From NCBI GenBank assembly GCA_004022145.1, contig RCNU01000006.1: a DNA stretch of 64,000 bases; one strand, 5' to 3'. Positions within the stretch are counted from its first letter, which is position 1. Every line of letters begins with the position of its first letter. Positions 13,112 through 24,112 of the stretch are shown piece by piece. The translations under genes and the position numbers were made by a program. The notes below the pieces were generated by a model, which did no database searches, had not been told where the DNA came from, and saw only the letters and a program-made list of their open reading frames with translations. The DNA is from Paecilomyces variotii (lineage: Eukaryota).

Positions 13112-15698
13112 GGCTGTGCATACATCTGTGGCTTGATGATGTGGCACAGAACAATGTGCTCTGTCTCTTCCGCTGGACCCAATTCGACCCTCTTTTTCCC
13201 TTCCCGCGCCTCCACCATCTCGCCTCGTCATCTGCAGCTGAACACATGAAGTTCCAGCGACTGAGTCCCAAAAAAGGGTTTACACACACTCTCTCTGGTC
13301 GCACTGTATCGATGCAGCCATAAAGATCTTCATAACGGGAATGGGACCTGTCGTTTGCAAGCTCCAGATGTTTCCACGGTTCAGTTACAGTACTACGAAA
13401 GTCTCCGACAGGAATTGGGCTCTCCCTCTGACTTTTGTTTCTTGCCTTTACCTTGCCTATCTCAACTTTCCGGAAATGGATGATAGGACGGCAGATAAGG
13501 TATCAGATATCCCATACCTGTGGTGTTATTATCTCAGAGAGCGGTCCACACATCCCTCTTGTTGGGCATACAGCATTGGACGATACTCTCACCATCACAT
13601 TAGTAGACATGCCGGCTTTGTGATACCTTCATACCTATCCCCTTGGTTGACAGCTGAAGACATAACGTCAGAGAAGAGAAAACTTTACATTATATCTGTC
13701 TAATGCTGACGCAGGACAGTGTAAGCATGCCAGGATAACGCCTTTGCACGGTGGAAACGACTGACCCAAGGCGCGCTCATCTGCTGTATCTGAACCTCTG
13801 GGAAGTATGACAAGGGTTGGAGTCAGCTATGTTGACAAAAACAGCTAACGGTAAGAGAGGTAGCCTTGGCTCCGTGTTATTCGGGCTGTGTTTTTGGGGC
13901 GGGTGTTCCTTATTTTTCGCTATATCCAACCTGCCCAGTGTATGCTGGCAGAAAAAGTGGTACCAGCAATAGAGTAAGTTTTGGTATTGTTCTGGCCCGT
14001 TCTGGCTCGAGTCCTATGGTATTGGGATACAGTAACAGCTGTCATTCACGGGACCCTTCAACATGGGACCTGGGCTGTGTGATCTGGGAGGACAATGTCA
14101 CGACAATGAACAAGAGTTAGGATAAACACATCGGTTGGCATCCGTCCCTTCTGTTGTTCTTGTGGGCTTGATGTTTTCCTCACCTTCATATATCGATCCT
14201 GGTATTGATATACGTGCTGATGTGCTCTTATCTCTGAGAATAAAAGTATATGCAACTCAAAGGCGAGGATACACATGCTCTTCAACAGCTTCTGAACGAG
14301 ATCAACCATCACAGCGGAAATATGCACAGAAAAGAAAGTCCGCTCCCCCGGGTGTTTAGGACGCAATCAATGGCTCACCTACGCCTGTGCCATAGGAAGA
14401 CTAGAGAAGAGTACTATCTTCTGTCTGAATATGTTCCTTTCGGCCCAAGTGAGGGAAACGAATAAAGGTGCAAGATCAGATAAGTCACGGTGTACTTGCC
14501 GCAAATTGTATACATAATAGTACCCTCCTGGGAGGTTCAAATGCACTATACCAGCGTCATGTCATAGTAGAAGTTTACCCCGTACTCGAGCAAAACTAGA
14601 GAAATTCGGCAGTTTTACAATCAGTTGCCTCTTCTTATTCCTATCTCCCTCCTTTTCTGCACAGCACTACCTACTTCCTATGCTGGAAGCCTACTCACTG
14701 TTAGAAGCAGTAATTAGCAGCTGGTGATACTTCCTTCGACGTCCCATATGGGATGACGCCTTGACCACAGTCTATGGTCAATTCGGCCCGCATGTGACTA
14801 GGTAACTAGAAGGGGCCAACCTAAAGTAACTTAGTTCTGGATAATCGACTCCTGTTGCCATTCTAAGATGACCGATATCTGCGAGATATAGAATAGGACC
14901 CGATTATCTCCAAGGGGTGCAGCATCACTAATAAGCTGATATGAGGGCAATACATTTACTTTTGTCTCGTTGGTCGAGTGACCTGAGCATTTCAGTTAAC
15001 CTCTCCGTATCTACTCCATGTGACCTGAACAGGGAGGGGCTGTATCGTTTTTGGTAGCATACTTGAGAAGTTGAGTAGTGGCTCCTCTGATCCTGCTCTC
15101 TGCTTTTCTTTTTCTTCCTCTGTGACGTATTCTGTCCGTGTCGGGATTCTTGACCTATGAATCGTGTTATATTCTGGCGATCTTGTAGTGAAAGAATGGA
15201 AGTCTTCCTACGAATGTGTATGGAATGGTTGAGAGTATGGTGTGTTGATACTTGATATATATTTTAGTTCTGGCAAGCTAAAACGCTGGACTCGTGAACA
15301 ATATTTCTCTCGAACGAACCTCAAGCCTTCATGCCTTTGAAGTTAGTCTAATATCACCGTGGCCTTTATACCACCCCATCGATTACATTAATCTCAGTTT
15401 ATCATCGCATTAGACACAGGTAGAGCTCGTGAAGCCTTCCAAGCAAGTAGAGACATCTCCGATTCGGCAAGGTCACTCCGCATTCGCCCGCGCTTGTCCG
15501 AATCGGGTCGGCAAAGTCTCCAGCTGCGCAGCTCCATCATCCGCCGAGTTCAACGAGTACGGCAAATTCATTTCAACCACACTCTCAGCTTTGTGTTAGA
15601 TTGGTATTTCTTATCTATATATTTGGTACTATCACTTGAGCTGGCTCGCTGTCATCTAATACACACCCTACCGCTTGCCATTCTCCAGCGCTGCAGCT

Positions 15699-17177
15699 AT
15701 GGAAGTGGCCAGCGCTCAACAACATTCCCTCAACCACTCTCAATATCAAAACGATCCCAACATCACCTCTAACACCATGGATACCACAATGGACATTGAT
15801 ATGGACCTCGACCTAGGCCCGCTTCCAGAACCGGAGGCCATTGAAACTGTGAGATACCAGACGCGACTGCGCCGTGCCCATGACCGTGATCTAATATGTT
15901 ACAAACAGGAACCAGCACAGGCGACTGTTTTTGCCGAAGAAGGTGCAGTAGATCACCTCGAGGAAGAAGCGACATATGAGAAAGTCCATGTTCGAGGAGT
16001 GGATGAGTTGACTACCGATGACATCAAGCGATTCGCGACGGAACATTTCCACGTCGAGGAACCAAGTCGTATCGAATGGATTGACGACACGTCGGCTAAT
16101 ATTGTTTACTCATCGGTGGAAGTTGGCTTACAAGCGCTGGCTGCACTCACTCAGGTTGGAGTGGAGGACGCATCGGCGCTGCCATCTCTGCGATTGCGCA
16201 GCGCAAAGACCCTGTCGAGCCATCCGGACTCTGTCCTGCAAGTGCGGTCGGCTGTCAAGACCGACAGGAAGAGGCCACGGGCGCATGAAGCGAGTCGTTT
16301 CTATCTGATGCACCCTGAGCATGATCCGAGGGAACGGTTGCGCCGGGAGCTCTCGAAAAGGAGGCACCACGGCAAAAGGGACGATAGTGAGGGTGACTAC
16401 ACACGGCGGCGATTCGATGACCGAGAACATCGTCGCCGGAGAGACAAGGGCGAAGAAGAAGGATTTGGTGCAGGCATGTATGATGACGAACCCGCAGACC
16501 ACTCGGATGCAGACAGAGGACGCGGTCGGTCTCGTCCTGGCAGGCGGGCGGAGTTGTTCCCTGACCGTGATAATGAGTCTGGGCGTCTCCGTGGCCGCAG
16601 TGCTTCTCCAGGCCGTGACCTGCTAGACGAGGAAAGCAGAAATGATGGCGACCGCCACAGACGATTCCGTGAGCGCTCGCCTCAGGTGTCTCGTCGGAAT
16701 AAAGGCAGGGAGCTATTTCCATCCAATGGAAGTGACTCAAGTTCGCGAGAGCTCTTCCCCAATAAGACGGCTTCTGCATATATCAAGAAGGAATTGTTCC
16801 CGACCAAAAGCGCCAGTAATCATCGTCGGTCCGATGCGTTTGATGCCGCGGACGAGACGGCGGAATCCTTGGCGAAGCGAATCACTGTTCCGCTCGTCGA
16901 CGGAGCTCAAGATCAGAATACCTCAGGCCGTAATGCCAATGTCGAGCTCTTCCCGCAGTCTGGAGACAATGGTGTCAGTATCCGGGGCGCTGCGGCCCAA
17001 GCGTCGGGGTTGTCTATTCGTGGCGCAGCGAACGGATTGTCGATCAAGGGTCGAGGTGCCTCAGTCCGGGAGTTATTCCCATCGAAGTACAGTAACAACG
17101 CGGGAAAGGAACTGTTTACTGACAAGCTTGAAGGAAGAGGAGGCCGGCGTCGCAAGGCGGAGGATATGTTTTCCTGA
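15699..17177 (+). CDS. NCBP3-like (DUF2414) RRM-type RNA-binding protein with Arg/Asp-rich tail
   Basis: EKVHVRGVDELTTDDIK...RIEWIDDTSANIVY...DRKRPRAHEASRFY is the NCBP3-family core, followed by repeated ELFP motifs. 60-nt intron at 15849-15908. The start may instead be the ATG at 15777. Confidence 0.85.
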   Translation: MEVASAQQHSLNHSQYQNDPNITSNTMDTTMDIDMDLDLGPLPEPEAIETVRYQTRLRRAHDRDLICYKQEPAQATVFAEEGAVDHLEEEATYEKVHVRGVDELTTDDIKRFATEHFHVEEPSRIEWIDDTSANIVYSSVEVGLQALAALTQVGVEDASALPSLRLRSAKTLSSHPDSVLQVRSAVKTDRKRPRAHEASRFYLMHPEHDPRERLRRELSKRRHHGKRDDSEGDYTRRRFDDREHRRRRDKGEEEGFGAGMYDDEPADHSDADRGRGRSRPGRRAELFPDRDNESGRLRGRSASPGRDLLDEESRNDGDRHRRFRERSPQVSRRNKGRELFPSNGSDSSSRELFPNKTASAYIKKELFPTKSASNHRRSDAFDAADETAESLAKRITVPLVDGAQDQNTSGRNANVELFPQSGDNGVSIRGAAAQASGLSIRGAANGLSIKGRGASVRELFPSKYSNNAGKELFTDKLEGRGGRRRKAEDMFS

Positions 17178-17678
17178 TGAGCATGGGGTCACGAGCTTCA
17201 CATAATTGCATACATCAAATTCAGTGACGTGCTGGTTCAGTGACATCTGCTAGAGCATATTGCCAGCTCATTAAAGGAGTTCTGGGATTTGGTTCATGAT
17301 ACTATTTCACGATTCGAAGCTAAACTGGGTGGGGAAAGAAAATACCTAAAAGCCCTTAACGACTTTGCCTTTAATAGATTCCCAAGTATGATAAATGATG
17401 ATCTCTGCATCGGATTCCTTTCTTGTTAGATCTTGTAGTCCGGGCACATAGAGCCTTTCTAACTCGTAGTAAGTTTACTGTACTCGAACCCCATTCGGCC
17501 CCGCGATTGGGTGCGCGGATATCAGTAATCACCATCTACCTAACTTAACAACATCCCGCGGATTCTCTCCGCAATCTATCAAACAGCAACAATTTCCTCC
17601 TTACAATAATACACTGAAAGCACTACAACCCAAAGAGAAGAGAAGAGAAGAGAAAAAGAAAAGGATAGACATAGACTT

Positions 17679-19467
17679 ATGACGTCCAACATATCGAACC
17701 CAACGCAGTTACCACTAGCAAGTATTCTAGTGGCGCGTTTTCTGCGGTCCAACAATTACACACAGACGCTCGATGCCTTCATTCGCGAGGCAGGCCTTCC
17801 GCCTAATGCAGGACAGGTAAATAGCAAGGCAGAGGAGCTGGATGGATGGACGATCGAGAATGTTATTGAGGAGAAGAAGGCTTTTGATCAAACGGTGAAT
17901 TTTGAGAGGTATGGAGATGATGAGGATGCGCGGGAAAAGAGGGATCGGTGGAGTAGTCCAGGTAAGTGGGTTTAGATTGGTTTAAGTTCTAAGTTTCTTT
18001 GATTTTGCATATTGTTTACTACCTGGGGAGGGATAGTTGTTTATGGTGTAGTGTAGAAATTATGTGTTGCTTTTTTTGTTTTCTTTTTGATGTTTCCTCT
18101 GAGTGATGTAGTTTTTGTGTTTCGGAATTATTCATGCTGTGTTATCTTTTGTAGCCTGCCATCCAAAATTGTTTTCTGGGAAAGCTCTACATAGCATTTT
18201 GCTTTCATGTCCCATTATCTGTTTTTTTACTGACTAGAATGAAACAAAAGCACCATCGAAACCATCTACGATACACACACCGAGCTCTTCCAACTTGCTC
18301 TCCGTTTCCGTGCAGCCCTGGGAGCGCCAATCTTCTCCAGGAGAAACAGAAACAGAGACGGATTTCAAGTCAACCTACATTATTTCCACTGGGGCTGACA
18401 GACGACTGAACCTATTCAAAACCTCTCCGGACCATGAAGCTGCCGCGTCGTTCTCAGGACTGGCCGATTCGCCTATCCTGTCGCACGTCACACTCCGAGG
18501 CGGATCCTACCAGTTGGCCACCACCATGTCCGGACAGCTGCTCCTACTTCGAGATTCTGAAGTCCTGCATCGACGTAAAGACCATACGAAGTATGTTGTC
18601 CAGGTGACTGCTCATGAGCGATCGGACTCGAATACCGTATGGATCGCGACGGCAGGCTGGGATGGTAGAATCTTGATTTATTCTTTGGATCTCGAGCATT
18701 CTCCACTGATAATTGGGGAACCACGAGCGAACATCCAGCTCTCGACGAATCCGGAATCGATTCTCTTTGTCAGACATACGGAGACGGGAGAATTATTACT
18801 TCTCGCCTCGAGAAGGGATTCGACTTATCTCTATTATTATGACGTTTCATCAGAACCGTCCACTGCAGTAGAATCAGGGGAGGAGGGCGATAAACCATAT
18901 GAGCCCCGTCTTCTGGGAAAGCAGAACCTGGCTCCACACTCAAACGCCTGGGTTGCCTTCTCGCCATCTTATCTTGCCCTGAGCCCTCATGACCCAGGGT
19001 TGCTGGCCGTGGCTACGTCGACACTACCGCATATGAAAGTCATGATTGTACGCCTTCTATTTCCATCTCCAGATGCTAGCTCCAGTGGTGATGCATCCGA
19101 AGCCGCTCCTGCGGAGCCAGAGACGCAAGTGACTCAGGCTATGGCGGCGCTGGCGCTGCAGAACCGCGAAGATGCCGCTATCATGATCCAGGCGAACACC
19201 TTAGCTCCTCAGACGGCATATTCGACACCACAGGTCGTCTGGCGGCCGGATGGGTCTGGACTTTGGGTAAATGGAGACGATGGCGTTATTAGAGGTATTG
19301 AAGCGAAGACGGGGAAGATCGTGGCGTTGCTGAAGGATGGGCATGAGGTTGGAAGCAAGATTCGGAGTATCTGGGCTGGATGGGTGGATGTCGATGGGAA
19401 GGAAGAGAAGGAGGAATGGGTTGTTAGTGGCGGGTTTGACAAGAGGTTAATTGTTTGGAAGGTTTGA
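17679..19467 (+). CDS. LisH-domain / WD40-repeat protein (exons 17679-17961, 18251-19467)
   Basis: LisH motif ILVARFLRSNNYTQTLDAFIRE. WD signatures ISTGADRRL, IATAGWDGRILIY and VVSGGFDKRLIVW. The GTAAGT...CTGAC...AAG intron (17962-18250) joins the frames. Confidence 0.88.
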
Positions 19468-20271
19468 AGTATAAAGTCTTGAAGTACAAATGCTCCAGAG
19501 CATATGGTTCAGTACTGTGTTGTTGGACATAGATGGTTTCATTTCTTTTTAGGGAAACTGTCATGTAGAAAGTAAACTCGATTCAAGCTCTACGAGGACT
19601 AGCTATCTGCCCACCTACGAGGGGCAAAAAAAAAAGAGCAAAACGATGATTGAGTGAAAAGGGATGTAGCCCTCCGTCCATGCACCCTCTCGCCATGGAA
19701 AAGCAAGGGAAAAGGGTGTTTGGTAATAGGAGGGCTTGGAATTCTGATCTCGGCACGAAGATAATTATCCTTCAGCTGTCATGCGTGGGAAATCGCACGA
19801 CGCTGTACACACAAATGCCTACTCGTGATGACTCACGAGTTGATGGAAACGGAAGAGGGGCTGGGACTTTGGGCAGATAGCGTAGTTTGATACCTTGCAA
19901 GTTTTCCACGGAGATCCTAGAAAGAAGGAAAACGGAAGCATGGACGGCTGGAATGACGTGGGAGAAAAGAATCCGACTTCGTGAGATGCGAATCTATACC
20001 TGACCGTAGAGAAAAAGTGTGAAGTAAGGTAACGCTCCTTTTTAGGCTACCTCTCAAGAATGACGCCGCTGGTATCGAAGAAGACTCGATGGAGCCCTTT
20101 TTTGTTATCCATTCGACCCGTAGCGCATAAAGAAAAACATCAGTCAGGCCATGTCCGTCTCAGGAGCGTCCTTTCTCCCTTGCAGCCAGCAGAACTTTGC
20201 CCTCTATTTCGACATGACACATCATCGCGCGTTTTTCAAGTTGACCGCCTCCGGTGTTGGCTGTGTTATGT

Positions 20272-20799
20272 TTATGCGACCTCGCGCTTACCCTCCTTGC
20301 GCTCCTTCTATGTGGTTGTTAGTGTGATCCATTCCCAGGGCCGTAGTCGATCCACGCATCCGAGTGGAAGCGGAGGGTTTTTATCTTCCACATACCAGAG
20401 CCTTCATGGTGCCGTGCAGAGCATGTCTGTGGTTGCGGCGGAACTTGGGGTCGGTACCCTTCAGGGAGGGGTAACGGAAGGTCTTAGGCTTCTTGATGCT
20501 GTATAGTAGATGAAGGATCAGCAATTTGTCGTCTTCTATCTTGATGACCGTCTCATTCGACCGGCGGATCACATCGCAATCGAAACATCGTGTCGATACT
20601 GATTCCCATATCCGCTGACAAAAGGTACTGATCTCAAGGGAAGGCAAGCAACATACCCGTTCCTGTGAGCCTTCTTGGACTGGTTGTGCTGAGACGAGTT
20701 CTTGGACTCTGTGGGGAGAGTATGCGTTAGTAAAATTCTCGACGCGTCAAATCGCACGATCAGTATATTCTGGTGCCATAGGTGTCACATACTGGCCAT
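20272..20799 (-). CDS. rpl29: 60S ribosomal protein L29 (eL29), 65 aa; exons 20799-20793, 20708-20657, 20498-20396, 20307-20272
   Basis: Spliced product [65 protein letters not shown]. All introns are GTATGT...AG with branch sites. Confidence 0.95.
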
Positions 20800-21905
20800 C
20801 TTGACGGATGTGTCGCAACGAAGAGGGTTGACGTTGAACTGGTGATGTCTGTCGTTGAACTTGGATCAAGCAAAAGCCCAAAGTCTCCCCCAGAGGCCCT
20901 CGGCTAGGGCTCGCGATGCGATTTGTGTGGGATCTCGCTTAGTCTAGGGATTAGCGCCGGCTGCGCAACGTCAAAGCGGTCTATCTATCTACCAAACCAA
21001 GCAATTCCACGACTGTTCAAGGCCAGCAAGATGCATCTTTGACAGCTGTACGGGATGTGAATTTGTCTATTATATGCTTTTAATATTGCTAATAACATCT
21101 AATAACTCAGATCCTGTCGTACTCCTTTCTCTCATCCCGGTGAAGCCAACACGTGCACGCTGTGTCAAGTAGTTCCCTCTTGGAAATGCTCTCCAACGTA
21201 CGGAATAATATCAATAATAATAGTAATAATTGAAGACGAACATATCCTCCATTTACTGGAATTGCATGATGGCCCGAAAGTGTTCTGGACGACATGCTTC
21301 TAGCTGTTAAAATGATGATCAAAAGAGACCATGACTTACCCATTATGATCACGTGACGCAACCCGTCTTCGGAGTCTCGGAAGCAAAGGAAGGAGTAGAT
21401 TTATCCCCTTTTGCACGACTCGCGCAAGGCCATGCAAAAGTGTCCATTGAATAGCAATTATTTCTCACAAGGGAGTCTCATCATGAGGAAGTTGGTAATA
21501 TCTCATGGAGTGTGAACACCCCACGCTTCAAGTATGCAATAGAATCATCCGAGTATATCCAGCAAAGGCTCTCACGGATGAGCGGATCCAGGGGATATAC
21601 CTGAACGTTAAGTGTTCGTCATCGGATGACCCTTGGGGCAGTTGTAGCTTTAAACGAACATATATGTAGACAAGGAAAAACCAAAGAATTATCTTTCAGC
21701 AATCACCGCCTTCTTCATAGTTGTAGTAGCATTCTTGCCAGTCTGATATGACTTTTGCGCCTTTTACGGCTAACAGTGAATCACGTGGTGCCAAGCGAAG
21801 CCTCCGACCGGCGTGGAAACTGCGGCATCCGACTTCGACCTTTGCAACTCAACCTAGCCTCTGAGGGACATCAATCACCATCTTCCTCTGTCTCCCAATT
21901 GCACA

Positions 21906-22794
21906 ATGAGCTCTCTTCGGTTCTCCCGGGCTGCTCTCAGAGCTCGCCCTGCCGCTTTCCGCGTCCCTATCCAGCGCCGTGGTTATGCTGAAGCTGTGAA
22001 CGACAAGATCAAGCTCTCCCTGGCCCTTCCTCACCAGGTACGGCATTGAAACCCATTGATGTTGATCAGAGCCCGCAAGGATCTTGTGACTAACTCCAAT
22101 GTCTCCTACAGAGCATCTACAAGTCGGCCGATGTGTACGTTATCGCGTCCAGACCACCCGTTTGACCGCGCCGCAAAACGCCTTGTTTTCAACATACTGA
22201 CGAGTCTTGGGGTCAACAGTGTTCAGGTTAACATCCCCGCCGCGTCCGGAGAGATGGGTGTTCTCGCCAACCACGTCCCCTCCATCGAGCAGCTGAAGCC
22301 TGGCCTCGTTGAGGTCGTTGAGGAGAGCGGCAAGAGCAAGCAGTTCTTCCGTATGTGACCCAGATCGTCGAACAGGAAAAGGCCGCAGGGTGATCCCGGC
22401 AGACGTGGCTCCGATTCGACGAAGTTGCATGCTAACTGGAACCTTGGTATATAGTGTCCGGAGGATTCGCTGTCGTTCAGCCCGACTCCGAGCTGAGCAT
22501 CAACGCTGTTGAGGGTTACCCCCTGGAGGACTTCAGCGCTGACGTGAGTAGAACCAAGTTCAATCCCATAATGGCGCCATACTGACGAGAGATTCTTTCA
22601 ATACAGGCTGTCAGGGCCCAGATCGCCGAGGCTCAGAAGATTATTGGCGGTGGTGGCAGTGAGCAGGACATTGCCGAGGCTAAGATTGAGCTGGAGGTAT
22701 GTAAAAAAGTCACACCTGCAATATATATACCTGGTCGAAGTGGAGCTAACCTGTGAATTAGGTCCTCGAGAGCCTGCAGGCCGTCCTGAAATAG
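21906..22794 (+). CDS. atp16: Mitochondrial F1 ATP synthase delta subunit (six exons)
   Basis: Presequence MSSLRFSRAALRARPAAFRVPIQRRGYAEA, then DKIKLSLALPHQ, VQVNIPAASGEMGVLANHVPSIEQLKPGLVEV, SGGFAVVQPDSELSINAVEG and AEAKIELEVLESLQAVLK, across canonical introns. Confidence 0.96.
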
Positions 22795-24112
22795 ATTACC
22801 CTGATGTAAATATCCATTCGCGCTGCCAGTTGCAATCTTGAACGTGTAGAACTATCACTATACCTGAAAGATCATCCTCTGCATAACGATAACTTCATTA
22901 ATATTTCCTCCCACTGAATGATTAGTATCGTCGAGCTCTCATTGATCGCACCTTCCTGCGATCGGGACGCTGTCATTATGCGTGTCCCGCTTAGTCGTCA
23001 ATATTGCGTCCCACGATTAAATGCTACTTACTTAGTACTCCATATCTGCCCCCTTCTGCCTTGTTTTTTCTATGTTTGTTAACATGAATCGCACCTAACA
23101 ACCCACTCCTTCCAATATCCTCTGGCAAAGAGGATTCACCTCTAAGTTTACTCATACCTCTTGGAACAGTGCCAAAACCAAGGTGCATATTGCATATATA
23201 TCCTCACATGTGTCCCGGCGAATCCTAACACAAATACAGCTGACAACAATTGCGCCTGAAAGTTCCACGCAAGCTATACGCATATACGGATTTGGCGTCA
23301 TCGCCGAGACCACAGCAATCAATGTCCTTCTAGCAGGAGAATCAGGATATGCAATCAACGCAGTCTTTGAGGAATGAGAATCAATGCTTAGAAAGCTACG
23401 TGGAAGTTCAGCTTCGGGCCATAGCTCTAGGCAATGATATGTCGTTTCATCAGGAATGTCTCAGTGACTTGGAAGCATATAATACATCCGCTAGAAAAGA
23501 AGAAGAAAAGAAAAGAGAAGAAAAAGAGGATTATTTCAGGCTCCTGTTCCCAACGACCAAGGCTGTTAACATCATTTAATTTGACTAAGTGAGACGTCAG
23601 GTATCGATTTCCCAACACGGGACCAAGAGATGAGCAAAAGGGCATAAGATTCGTCTGAACAACAAAGGGAAAAGGACATCGCATTTCATAACAAGACGAG
23701 GCAGGGCATAAATGGACATATACAACGTCACATGGGAGAAAAATAACAAGTGTAGACGTAACAGACGCGTATCGACATGAAGGGGGGAAGATAAATCTGA
23801 CAAGGGCCAAGAAAACTACGTGGGAATCAAAGAACGCCAGTTAGAAGGAACGAAGATTATGCATCCTTAACCCTTATTCCGTCCAACCCATCCATTATAT
23901 CTTTTTAGTGATTTCGCCCGTCGTTAAGAGTGATTGCAGGAGATTATGGGAGAAGGGTAGTGAGAGGCGCAGTGGAGAGTGCGATATAAGCAGGGAGGAT
24001 GTTTGCAATTAGTCGACGCTCTCTTGAAGAACGGTGGAGAGAGGCCACGGAAGAGAGGAAGGGTCGTACAAGCTGACGAGGACATGGTTTAAACCACGAG
24101 ACGAGGCGGAGT

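Noticed and set aside
14739..14782. Two adjacent short hairpins (TCCCATATGGGA; TTGACCA...TGGTCAA)
   Set aside because: Stems of 6-7 bp are expected by chance in 64 kb.
16018..17205. Overlapping and antisense ORFs within real genes (also at 24-25, 41, 48 and 58-63 kb)
   Set aside because: Shadow ORFs produced by GC-rich codon usage of the host CDS.
20150..20230. Box C/D snoRNA candidate downstream of rpl29 (ATGATG...CTGA)
   Set aside because: Imperfect C box, no terminal stem and no rRNA guide I can identify.
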